Positions 21,879-32,787 of a DNA stretch of 64,000 bases are shown here, piece by piece. The first letter of the stretch is position 1, and every line of letters starts with the position of its first letter. The position numbers and the translations under genes were made by a program. The notes under the pieces were generated by a model that saw only the letters and a program-made list of their open reading frames with translations, did no database searches and was not told where the DNA came from. This DNA is from Tetramitus jugosus (Eukaryota > Protista > Heterolobosea): the NCBI GenBank assembly GCA_937625935.1, contig OW569382.1, positions 382,060-446,059 on the forward strand, read 5' to 3'.

Positions 21879-22549
21879 GAGTGACGAGTGATATGTACTT
21901 GTTTGTTTGATGATCTAAAAATTGTGAAAAGTGATTTTTAAATGTGCAATAGGCAACTGGATCTTCCATTGTATCAGCGGGGGTAATGCATCGCAAGTGA
22001 TCTCCGACATTTATGGTATTGGTGAAAATTTCGCTTTGATCAGATCTTACTCCATTTCTTGTGATGGACACCAGGTTTGTATTTGAATTTTCTCATCTTC
22101 CGGTATCCACGGATGATCTGTTTTTCCTGATTGGTTTCTGGAGTATTGATCCGTAATTGAACTATACTTACTTTGCTCCTATATTATCCATCTAGATGCA
22201 CATCAAATGATGTGATGACAACTGCCTGGAAGGAAAATGGAAGAATGACCAGCAGGTTTATCTTTCTTGAACAAACTTCTTCCCTCTGCTCACTCATATT
22301 GTTCTTTTCTTCAGATAACTTGTTGGAATAGAACTAATTGACACAAATCTGAATGAGATAACTCTTTGACTCTCCACTATTTGAAGATTTTGGAATATTG
22401 AACTATAAGTAAACCAAGGATACTTTTTTACAATGAATCCCAATCTCCGTGAATATTCCCGGACAAGGTTCAAACAAGAACAACAAACAACAAATTCCTC
22501 CTCACAACAAAAACAAAAACCACAATTCGTACAAACAAAAAAATAGAAC

Positions 22550-23014
22550 ATGTCCTACTTTGACGATCACAACATCTCACATACAGATGACCAAAATGAC
22601 GAGAATAACGAACAAAATCACCAACTCACTGAACAACAACTCATGGAATTGTTGGCACAAGAGTATGGAACGACCAATATGCTGAGAATGATGAATGGCA
22701 CGAAACCATCCACAAGCAAGACTGTGCTTCGTGAACTCGAAGTTCAGTATTATGATCCCGAAACCAGCAAAAACTCCGATTCGGAGGAATGCCCAATTTG
22801 TCAAGATGATTACAAAAAGGGAGACGCACTGCATACACTTCCGTGCAAGCATCAAATGCATAAAGAATGTTTGAAGACGTGGCTAGACACGAATAATTCG
22901 TGTCCCATGTGCCGTCATGAGCTCATGACTGACGATCCTGACTATGAAGAAGAAAAATTGGACAAGCAGAATCCAAAAAGAAAACAAGAAACAATTTCAA
23001 GCATGTACATGTAG
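22550..23014 (+). CDS. RING-H2 E3 ubiquitin ligase (RNF181-like)
   Basis: CPICQDD..LPCKHQMHKECLKTWL...CPMCR. Confidence 0.88.
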   Translation: MSYFDDHNISHTDDQNDENNEQNHQLTEQQLMELLAQEYGTTNMLRMMNGTKPSTSKTVLRELEVQYYDPETSKNSDSEECPICQDDYKKGDALHTLPCKHQMHKECLKTWLDTNNSCPMCRHELMTDDPDYEEEKLDKQNPKRKQETISSMYM

Positions 23015-23332
23015 TTATCCTGCATCTGCGACCTATGAGCTATCACATTGTGGAGTATTGAACTCTCATCTAGTAAACATGTAAATTTTGCAATTCAAAT
23101 ATTTTTCTGAGAAAAGCAGCTGTAAATCTTGACATCTTCTTACAACATCTGATTCTATTTTTGAGCTCTCGCGGAAATTCTTGAGAGGATTGATCACGAA
23201 TTTCCACAAGGGCCAGAAACAGGCTTCATGATGTAAGCTTTTGGAGTTTGGCTCTTCATCAGGAGCACAAAAAAACAACCAAGAACCAAACCCATCATCC
23301 ATTGATCAATCATCTATCCATCCATACATACC

Positions 23333-24604
23333 ATGAACAAGCAATCCATTGAGGACATTAACGTCACAGGCAAGCGTGTCATTATCCGTGTTGACTACAA
23401 CGTTCCATTGAGCAAGTCTGAGCCAAAAATCGTTCAAGACGACACTCGTATCAAGGCCACGATCCCTACTCTAAAGTATCTGTGGAAGCAGAACCCAAAG
23501 AGCATCATTCTCATGAGTCACTTGGGCAGACCAGATGGCAGAGTCGTTCCAAAGGACTCATTGAGACCAGCTGCTTCCAAGCTTCAAGAGCTTTTGGCCC
23601 AAGACAGTGAAATGAATGTCGTAAAGGTAAAGTTTGTGGATGACTGTGTGGGCGACAAGGTTCAACAAGAAGCCAAATCACTCGGTGAGAATGAAATTTT
23701 GTTGTTGGAGAATTTGAGATATCATTTGGAAGAGGAGGGCAAGGGTGTAAACGAGAAGGGTGAAACTGTCAAGGCCTCCAAGGAAAATATTGAAAAGTTT
23801 AGACAAGAGTTGAGCTCTTTGGCCGATGTGTATGTCAATGATGCTTTTGGTGCTGCTCATCGTGCTCACTCCTCACTTGTTGGACTCAATTTGGAGCACA
23901 AGGTGTCTGGATTCTTGCTCAAGAAGGAGTTGGACTACTTTGGTAAGGCATTGACGAATCCTGAGAAGCCATTTGTGGCCATTTTGGGTGGTGCAAAGGT
24001 CAAGGACAAGATTCAATTGATTGACAACTTGTTGGACAAGGTTGATGAAATGTTGATTGTCGGTGGTATGGCATTCACATTCAAAAAGGTTTGCTTTGGT
24101 GTCAATATTGGCAAGAGTTTGTTTGATGAGGATGGAGCAAAGATTGTGAAGCAATTGTTGGAGAAGGCTGAGAAGAATGGTGTCAAGATTCACTTCCCTG
24201 TTGACTATATTGTGGCTGACTCATTGGAGAGGCCATCTCAAGTTACTGAGGCAACTGATGAGTCTGGTATCGCTGATAACATGATGGGATTGGACATTGG
24301 ACCAAAGTCTAGACAATTGTTCAATGATGTCATCTTACGATCCAAGGTTATTGTTTGGAACGGACCTGCCGGTGTGTTTGAGATTAAGGAATTCGCAAAT
24401 GGATCCTTGGGCATGCTCGAATCCGTCATTAACGCAACAAACAATGGTACCATTACCATCATTGGAGGTGGTGACACTGCTAGCTTGGTTGTGAACAATG
24501 GTGCTGAGAGCAAGGTGAGCCATGTCAGCACTGGTGGCGGTGCCTCATTGGAATTGTTGGAGGGTAAGGTCTTGCCTGGTGTTGCCGCATTGGACAACAA
24601 GTGA
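23333..24604 (+). CDS. PGK: Phosphoglycerate kinase
   Basis: RVDYNVP, MSHLGRP, NDAFGAAHRAH, GGAKV and HVSTGGGASLELLEG motifs. Confidence 0.98.
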   Translation: MNKQSIEDINVTGKRVIIRVDYNVPLSKSEPKIVQDDTRIKATIPTLKYLWKQNPKSIILMSHLGRPDGRVVPKDSLRPAASKLQELLAQDSEMNVVKVKFVDDCVGDKVQQEAKSLGENEILLLENLRYHLEEEGKGVNEKGETVKASKENIEKFRQELSSLADVYVNDAFGAAHRAHSSLVGLNLEHKVSGFLLKKELDYFGKALTNPEKPFVAILGGAKVKDKIQLIDNLLDKVDEMLIVGGMAFTFKKVCFGVNIGKSLFDEDGAKIVKQLLEKAEKNGVKIHFPVDYIVADSLERPSQVTEATDESGIADNMMGLDIGPKSRQLFNDVILRSKVIVWNGPAGVFEIKEFANGSLGMLESVINATNNGTITIIGGGDTASLVVNNGAESKVSHVSTGGGASLELLEGKVLPGVAALDNK

Positions 24605-24708
24605 ATCGCCAAACGATCCAAACTGTGAATTAACAACAAGCAACATGAAAGTAAAACAGCTCGAATGTGTGTGTAGTGTACAACTCTAGAAATTTGCATC
24701 TTATTTAA

Positions 24709-25743
24709 TTAATTGACTGCTTCCTCTTGTTGACGACATTGTTGCAACTTTCGTGACAACTTGTCCACAGCGTAATCCAACTGTTTCTGTTCCTCTCGTG
24801 TCAGCTTCACCGGCGGCTTCACAATCGTGTTCTTGGATCGATTGATCTTGATTGGACGATCCATCAACATTCTCCCATTCATTGTCATGGCCATCTGTGC
24901 AGCATCCATATCCAAAAACTCTATAAAAGCAAATCGTGTCGGCTGTGATTCATCACCAGCCATTCGAATGTAGGCCACTGGTCCACAAACACTAAAGAAA
25001 TCCACAAGCTCAGCCGGAGAAACTTTGCTGTTTATATTTCCGACGTAGATGGTTCTAGCAATTTCTCGATCTTTTTCATCGTTACCAGTGCTAGCAATGG
25101 GCGCGAAAGGCATGTTGCGAACAGGTCGAATATATGGATTGGAAACAAATGTTGTTGATGCATGTGTTGAGTGTGATGGAGCAGGAGGATAAAATGAAGT
25201 CAAACTAGCACTACTACTATTTGGTGATGATAATTGATGTGGTTGATGAAAATGTTGTTGTAACAATGGTTGAACAAATGGTTGTTGTTGTTGATGATGT
25301 TGTTGTTGTTGTTGTGGTGGATGAAATGGAGGAGGAGGTGATAAAGTTGTTTGTTGTTGTTGTTGTTGTTGTGGAGAAGCTATTATTGATGATGACAGTG
25401 GTGGTGGTGGTAATAATGATGGAATGTGGTGAGAAATGAGAATAGAGTGACCCAATAGAACAGTATCACTGACATCAATGGCTGATTTTGCTTCTGTTTC
25501 TTGACTAAACGTTACTTGATAGATTCTTTGTTTGTTGTTTCCTAGTGATGATGATGATGATGCTGATGATGATGTTGGTGGTACAAATAGCTTCATTTCA
25601 ACAATGGTGCCTAAACAACTGAGAAATTGTAGGAGATGGTCCTCTGAGAGAGCATCAGCAAGGTTGGAGACATAGACTGTTGTATTGTTGCTGGTGGTGG
25701 TGGTGGTGGTGGTGGTGGGAGGGGAGATTTCTGTGTTGATCAT
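24709..25743 (-). CDS. Two-RRM RNA-binding protein with poly-Q/P linker
   Basis: TVYVSNL, RTIYVGNI and RFAFIEF RNP motifs. Confidence 0.85.
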   Translation of the reverse strand: MINTEISPPTTTTTTTTSNNTTVYVSNLADALSEDHLLQFLSCLGTIVEMKLFVPPTSSSASSSSSLGNNKQRIYQVTFSQETEAKSAIDVSDTVLLGHSILISHHIPSLLPPPPLSSSIIASPQQQQQQQTTLSPPPPFHPPQQQQQHHQQQQPFVQPLLQQHFHQPHQLSSPNSSSASLTSFYPPAPSHSTHASTTFVSNPYIRPVRNMPFAPIASTGNDEKDREIARTIYVGNINSKVSPAELVDFFSVCGPVAYIRMAGDESQPTRFAFIEFLDMDAAQMAMTMNGRMLMDRPIKINRSKNTIVKPPVKLTREEQKQLDYAVDKLSRKLQQCRQQEEAVN

Positions 25744-25869
25744 CTTTGTGTGCTTTGATTTATGGGTGTTTGATTCTTGGTTTGTTGTAGTTTTTGTGCA
25801 TGTTTCATCGCCGATACTTCAATCAAGCGACACTCCGACAAAAAACAAGAAAACGTTCGACTAATATTG

Positions 25870-26450
25870 TTTTAAAATACAACCAGTGGTTGAGCTGTTT
25901 AATCGTTGTCTCTTCTCGTTACACAAGGTAACTAGTATGATTGTGACGCAGAATGCAGTCGCTGTTGAATTATTTTTGTTACCAGCTATCTTGTGAAGAG
26001 GCGATGCATCACCTCAACACATCTCCTCTTGGTGTTGTCCACAAACTGCTTAGCTTTCATCTTGGCGACCTCTTTCTTGATTCCACTCTTCTTGAGCCCT
26101 TTGGCCACTTGTTTAACCGCAAATAGTCATTGATTGTTTTTCTCTGCTCGTTCATTATTCGTTTTCCATTGTACCACTGCTGGTTATCAAACCAAATGTC
26201 GACATATTGTGACTTGTGCAGATCCAGAGCTTAACTTTGTTACCACCTCCGTTGAGAGCAATCCTGGCCATTCTGGATATCGGACAATTAATAAGACAGT
26301 GAATGACCGTCTCTTGTTCGAAATTGCACTTGGGACTCGTCGTGTCCATATCTTCCACATTGTTAGAGGTGCTTTATCACCACCTTGTTTGTGGCTGCGA
26401 TATGGCCAGGTTACAGCTCAAAATCGGAAGGAGGACGAAAATGTGTTTTT
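25870..26450 (-). mobile_element. Old, degraded 3' fragment of the tRNA-associated LINE (copy F)
   Basis: Encodes PKC..EQETVIHCLINC (ORF2 zinc finger) and KQFVDNTKRRC (compare RVIDSVKRSC in copy A); 3' end ATTAAA...CAACCACTGGTTGTATTTTAAAA. No clear TSD; boundaries approximate. Confidence 0.6.
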
Positions 26451-26469
26451 AAACATTGTCAAAGTTTAA

Positions 26470-27268
26470 GTTTTTTTGTTTTTTTTAATACAACACGTAG
26501 TTGCTCACTTTATTGTGCATCATTCTTTCAAATAGTTTCTCTTATTCTCACTGTGCCGCTCGAAGAGCGGCACTTATCTTTCCTTTCAGTGACGCTCGGA
26601 GATTGAGACACAGCGTATCCATGTCCACTACTCCATAGAGATGTTGGACAACGGCCTTTGTGTGTATTGTGTGACTTTTCACCTGAGCCACAAACCATTC
26701 CAGTGCACGATCGACCCTGAAAGGGCATCTCATAAATTTAAAATCTACAGCACCTCCTAAACACTTAGACTGTATCCACCAAACCTTCTCCTCTTTCACC
26801 CTATCTCTATGTCGTCGCAAGAAGACTCGCCACAGCTGTTCCTTCTCTACGACCTCAAAACTATCATTGTACATTAACCTTGGGGTAGTGTCGGTTGAAT
26901 GCTCGTGATTTCCATTGCGCTGTAGCATTTCAAGATCACTTGTCAAGTACTTGTATCTGCGAGAACTAATCCCAAAATTTCCATGTCTTTTGACCAATTC
27001 GCTATGCCTGATCCACTTTCCACCCACTGTCAATTGACTCCTCAGACCTATTCCCACCTTGAACAACCTTTTGATGATGTCATTTGGCTGAGAGAGTGCC
27101 AGATTGCAACTCAGACAGTTAACTTCATTCCCACAAGAAATAGTGAGGTGGTTGGTGTGCATACGGACAGCAGACCACTTAAGATAGCTATGTGCGACCA
27201 GCTCAATCCTGTTGTTGGATTGGAATACATTCTCTACCTGGAATGTTTGTAGATGCCTGCTGATAGAG
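26470..27268 (-). mobile_element. 5'-truncated LINE, divergent family (copy E)
   Basis: 13-bp TSD TGTCAAAGTTTAA (26457-26469 and 27269-27281); poly(A) tail; ORF 26548-27162 aligns by eye with the ORF2 C-terminus (HSYLKW, WW..RCPF..WF.QVKSHTIHTK). Confidence 0.85.
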
Positions 27269-27364
27269 TGTCAAAGTTTAATTTATTTATTTTTTTTTTC
27301 CATACAACGTTTGTTGCCACTTTATTCTATACACTACTGTGAGTCATGATTTCGCTCGGCACCG

Positions 27365-30300
27365 TTAGGTGACGAGCAGTGTTTCACTCCTCTGCGCGAC
27401 AGAGTTAATATATATCTTGTATAGTGTCTTGGTGCACGACCTCTTGACTGAGTCAATGACCCTCCTTATCTTTTTCTCTGCTTTACTTCTCTTCTTGCCG
27501 GAGAGCTTCATTTCGTCCAGGAGCACCTCCTTGAAGTCTCCTTCCTGACCCATCAGTCCCTGCAGCGTACCTTCAGGTGTTCTCTTGACATTTCGTGGTT
27601 GTATCTTTCCACTTACATACAAAACATCCTCGAACCATATAGGGACCTTGATAGAGCCTGGCAGACTCAACTTGCCCAGTTTCTCCTTCAGCTCTTCAAC
27701 CAACTTGCTTCTTGCTTCCCTTGCAGGTTCGCACTCCACTAGCAGATGCACTATGGTTTCTGGAGCTTTGCAACAGTGTGTGCAAGTGACATCTATCAGT
27801 GGATTATACAGCATTCGAATACCAGTTCTTGTATGGAGAGTTCCACTCCTCACCTGATGATAGAACCACATTTCCTTTCTTTCGAGACCAAATGGGCACT
27901 TGAGAAAGTTATTCCACTCCTTGTCTTGCTGCAATGCAGCTTCCAACCACCATTCCGCGCGCTTTGAGATAATTTCACTCCTTATTGTTGAGAAATGATC
28001 AGTCAACTCCTTCCTGATGTCATTCCCAACAATCTCCCTATCGCTGACAGTCACTAAGACCTTTTGCTGCACGACTCTTTGAGCAATCCACTTTTCATCG
28101 CATGGTTTACCGAGCAGTTCCATATAGGCACGAATTCTCATGTACTTTTTTGTGCCAATACCAACCATCTTAAACTTTGACTTCGCTTCTTTGTAGGGTA
28201 TTGTCATGATACCATCCTCATCAAAAAGCTGATGGTTCTTAAAAATCCCACTACCCCGGAGTAGCCTTGCATCGCCGGTGGGAAGGCACCAACCAACGCT
28301 GCACCTCTCGCATTCGTGACAATCATCGGTCGTGACTGTTATACCAGAGCAATGGAGTAGTTTGGCGCACCAAACAAGATATGTGTGCTTCGCCTCACGG
28401 AGGCGGATATTGGATTTGAAGATGCTCGTTCGTATGAGCGTTTGTGATTGCTTGACATCATCAAGCGTATCCAATAGTAGCTTCCGTGCTTCAGTATCTC
28501 TCTTACCCGTCAGCATTCCCGCAATGAATGCCGTGACTTTTGAGGTTAGACTTTCCTTGAAATTGTTCAAACCAATTCCTCCCTGATCTCTCACCACTGC
28601 TAACAACTCGGAAGGGAACCTCTTAAGAGCAGCCGAACCATGTTTGACGGCCTTTCGGCCGATCCCTTCGATCTCATTGAGCCATTTCTTTGGCCAGTGA
28701 GTAAACTCCGATGCGTAAAGGAACACTGGGTGCACACATGTGTTAACGATACGTGCTGTTTGAGCAGGGCTCAACTTGAGGAACTTGGCACGGTTCAGAA
28801 TTTTCAGTACCTTCAATTTTGCTTGTTTCTTTTGCATTTCGGTATCACCATTGAGATTGGTGAACAAACCGAGAGCCCTGAAAACAGATTCTTTGTTCTT
28901 AGCTATCACTAGTTTGTCTGATACCCTAATCTCAGGCATTCCACCCTCCGCTTTTCTAACAAAGAACTCCAATTTGTCAGGATGCATAGTCAGACCCAAG
29001 CACTTGAGCACCTTGTGCATAGCATTCGCTGTATCCTCTATGTCTTTAAGGCTTCCACTGAACAAGTTGCAGTCATCAACATATGCAACATTCCATATCC
29101 TTTGGGACATGGTCTGATCTTGCTCTCATTCCAGCATAGAGAAGTGCCAGTTGGTGCACTATCACATAAGATGTTGGTGACAAGGAGTCACCTTGTCTGG
29201 TGCCCCTGTCTATGTAGATTCTCCGAGACCTCACTTGAGTTCCAATCGTTGCCTCGTTTGCCTCGAGCATATTCTGAACGAGAGAGATGATACCCTCTGG
29301 GAAATTGAAGAAGCGATATGCAGCTGTGATCGCGTTATGTGGCACACTGTCGAATGCTTTGGATATGTCAGTAAGGAGAACGAAAAGCTGTTCATCCTTC
29401 CTGTTGGCGTGGTCGATAACGCCTCTGATGATAGATAGTTTCTCACGTATGTCCCTCAATTTGCGACCACCACCCTGTGTGTTACTGAACACACCTGCTT
29501 TTTCGGCGGCCATTGCCACCCTATGATTGAGCAATCTTGTGAAGACCTTCGACAGACTGCTCAATAGACAAATAGGTCTGTAGTTGGCAATGATCGAAGG
29601 ACAACCCTTCTTGTAGGCAGGGACGAGTATGCACTTCTTCCAACTGCTTGGGAAAACACCAGTTTGCACTATGTTGTTAAAAAGTGTCACCAGAGCCTCC
29701 GCAAAATCGTATCCATAGTCCCTTTGCTTCGTCTTTTGGAGCTTCAGCATCTCGTTGCACACTCTATCAACACCCGGTGCTTTACCGTTCCTTAGCCATT
29801 TCACTGACTGTTGTATCTCTACTGCTGTGAACATTGGAAACCACTGTTCCATGTTACTAGCATTGAAAGTCATTTCGCTCAGGAAATTCATGTCAGCAAA
29901 CTCATGTTCGAACACCTCCTCGAAATACTTCGCTGCATGCTCGGCCACTTTCACCTGGTCAGTGACTATGGTGTCATGGAGCTTGAAACTTTTGAATCTT
30001 ATCCTCATTGACCTTTTGCCGGTGGCAGCATTGAAGAAAAACCGAGGATCCACAAACTCGGTGGTCCTAGCCTTGTATAGCCACTTTACAAATCTCTTGT
30101 TGGCTCTCCTAGCTCTTTCACCATGTATAAGCTTCTCCACTTTCGCCAGAGCAGTAAGGATTCCAAATTGACTGCTTTCTTCTCCGTACGCATGGCAAAT
30201 TCTCACAACTTTGCTAGTCAACATCGACCCCTGTTTGGAGACTTTCTCCACAAGAGCCTCTCTCTCTTTCATCCATCTTCTTACCCTTCTGTTGTCAATC

Positions 30301-31217
30301 CCTCTGGTCATCACTTTGTTCTCAGGGAAGACTTTTGCACCATCCGTGATAGCACTAGTGATTTTCTCACACTGTTCATCAACCGAGAGATCCTCAAATT
30401 TGATCCTCTCGAGACTGTCAATTACAGACTGCGAGTAGGTATTCCAGGACAGGTGACATCTCTTTGGGAACCTTGTCCTCGGCTCCTGCGGTATCTCAAT
30501 ACCATCCTTTACCCACTGGAGCTTCACCATAGTAGGGATATGATCACTATACACACCATTCTTTGCATATGGGAGAACGTCCTTCACTACTTCAGAAGCA
30601 GATGGATTGACCCAAACAGAGTCTATCCTCGAGGAATATTGATTCCTGAAAAAGGTATGAAAGTCCTCCTTGCTTGCAACCGAGTTGGCACTCATGAGCT
30701 GCAGCCCCTCAATCAGTGCTCTAAAGTGAGCACTGTTAGCATCCAACTTTCTCGTGCTTCTATCAGTGGTCATCGTCACGGTGTTATGATCACCTCCAAG
30801 GATTAGCTTTCCCCTGTACGCTAACACTCTCAAAACTTCATTTGTTGCCACATAATGATGCCCTCCGATTGCTTCTTTATGGAGGCCATAGTGGTTTACC
30901 AACTTCACACTCAGTTCACCACTTGCAACCTCGATCACTTGCACTCTATCATTGGAGAACAGCACCCTGTACTCTTGAACGCTAGTACGGCGTACTATTG
31001 CCATTACTCTATCTGTAACATCATTGCAGATCAGCATACACCCCACCATCTCAAGCTGTCTGGAAAAAGAGGTTTTGAATCCCTCGTTCCTGCAACTTGC
31101 TTCCTGCAACATTAGAACATCAACTTCCGGGCTTGACTCTAAAAAGGCTACAACACCACTTCTTTTGTTTTTGAGTCCCCTGATGTTGTACCACACGACG
31201 TTTAAGGTCGTACTCAT
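27365..31217 (-). pseudogene. LINE ORF2: AP endonuclease + reverse transcriptase + C-terminal zinc finger, one frameshift near 29100
   Basis: APE motifs WYNIRGL, LQEA, GGDHN, SRID, SDH; RT motifs KAPGVD, NYRPICL, DISKAFDSV, RQGDSLSP, YVDD; zinc finger CTHC..ETIVHLLVEC. Confidence 0.92.
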
Positions 31218-32222
31218 TGTTGGAGCAGTTCACCCTCGTCATTGTTCTCAACAATGGGTTGAGTCTTATTGACATACATTGTACCTCCAGGAGAGCCTGT
31301 TAGAACTACCTTGCTCTGAGTCTGAACATCCTCCAGCTCATTTGCTACTCTTTTTGTCCCTCTTCTGCCACCGCTTCTTGCAGTATAGTCGGTCAGCTTA
31401 GTTTGACCTTTTTCCTTGCCCACAACAGTGCGCCTCCCCTTAGTTTGTGCTACTGGTGTACTCATCATTTGCTCGTCACTCTCTGAATTCAGAGCCTCGA
31501 CATCACCCATTTCCGAAACTGGATCTGGAACCGATTTTTCTCCTCTATCAACGCCACTCAAAAGTTTGCTAACCCTCTGTCTCATTTTCATCATTTCGGC
31601 CTTAAGTGCACGAATTTCTTCAACACTTCTCGCATAGTGATCCATGATATTGTTCAGTTCACTCTGTAGCTGATTCACATTTCTCTTCAATTGCTCGATA
31701 GGATCTTGAGTACGGTGAACGTACTTTCTCGTTGTTGTATTGTCCATCGGAGTTATGCCAAGTAATACCTCAGCGAAGCTAGGTCGCCGAATTGCCTCTC
31801 AGTTCGACTCCGCATACATTGTCACGTCCAGCCCATTTTATAATCTCCTCAACACTGGATTTACCGGCTCCCACCAGCACCACGTCATGCGTGGCCCTCA
31901 TACGGCTGTTCGGAGCAGCTTGTGCACCGTTCAACATATTTCTGCAGTTGAACCATTCAATAAATTCCCACACTTTGTCATTTGTTGGGACTATCCAGGC
32001 TCTAAAATATTCACCCTTTCTGCTCACTTGCACTCTCTCCACCCTTTCACTGCAACCATGTACAATTTTGTTGACCAAAGCTTCATTGGTAACATTGTTG
32101 CATTTGCCAGAAACAACAACCTCCTTTCTCTTGACTGCTGCATCCTTGCTGATTTTTGTCCATAAAACAAATTCCTTTCTGCGTATAACTACCGCCTGTA
32201 CTGACGGTCCTTGTGTAGACAT
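31214..32222 (-). pseudogene. LINE ORF1 with coiled coil, one frameshift near 31790
   Basis: ATG at 32222; two ORF pieces (31779-32222 and 31214-~31800); the TGA overlaps the ORF2 ATG (ATGA at 31217-31214). Confidence 0.8.
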
Positions 32223-32288
32223 GTGTTCGCGTTTTTTGCTTTTTTCAAAGTTTAATTTATATACTTTCGGAGATTTTTTAAAGCATAA

Positions 32289-32385
32289 TCCCATATAGTC
32301 TAGCTGGTTAGGATATCCGGCTTTCACTTCCAAGCTGAAATGCAAAAGTCCCCGGAAGACCCGGGTTCGAGTCCCGGTATGGGAG
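32289..32385 (+). tRNA. tRNA-Glu(TTC) with a 24-nt intron (32327-32350)
   Basis: Acceptor stem TCCCATA/TATGGGA, anticodon stem TCCGG/CCGGA, T-loop GGTTCGAGTCC, intron at the canonical 37/38 position, TTTTT terminator downstream. Confidence 0.95.
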
Positions 32386-32787
32386 ATCTTTTTCTTGAAC
32401 CGGCTGCTGTTTTGAATGGTTTCTCTCTGCGACCTCCTTCGTCATTCTATTCATTCGCTACTTGCTTCGTAGCTCGTTTCTACTCCCAACATACCAAGCA
32501 TGTACCGTTGCACCATTGCAGTGTATTGCTCTTGATCTGTCCATCAGCATGCTTGAGCCACTTTCCTTCTTTAACCAACTGAGCCATCACACAAGTACCA
32601 ATCAGAAATGCTTAACAGTCTCTTCGGTTGAGACAGAGTACAACGAAGTCAGTTGTTCTACTTCCCATAGGAAATAGACAAGTAGTTGATCACATGTGGA
32701 CTACTGCATTACAACTGTTACTAGATTCCTTCACCAATTGTGTTGAAGCACAGACATGTGTTCTGCTTTTTACTTTTTAGACTTATA

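Larger units (their letters stand above)
27287..32244 (-). mobile_element. Full-length (~4.96 kb) non-LTR retrotransposon upstream of tRNA-Glu (copy A)
   Basis: Perfect 16-bp TSD TCAAAGTTTAATTTAT (27271-27286 and 32245-32260); AATAAA and poly(A) at the 3' end; ORF1 followed by ORF2 (APE-RT-zinc finger). Confidence 0.95.

Noticed and set aside
21880-22440. Short ORFs upstream of the aquaporin (possible extra exon or gene)
   Set aside because: No convincing splice junction or protein motif.
32223-32345. N-terminal extension of the 188-aa ORF1 call
   Set aside because: It runs through the TSD and the antisense strand of tRNA-Glu; the real start is the ATG at 32222.
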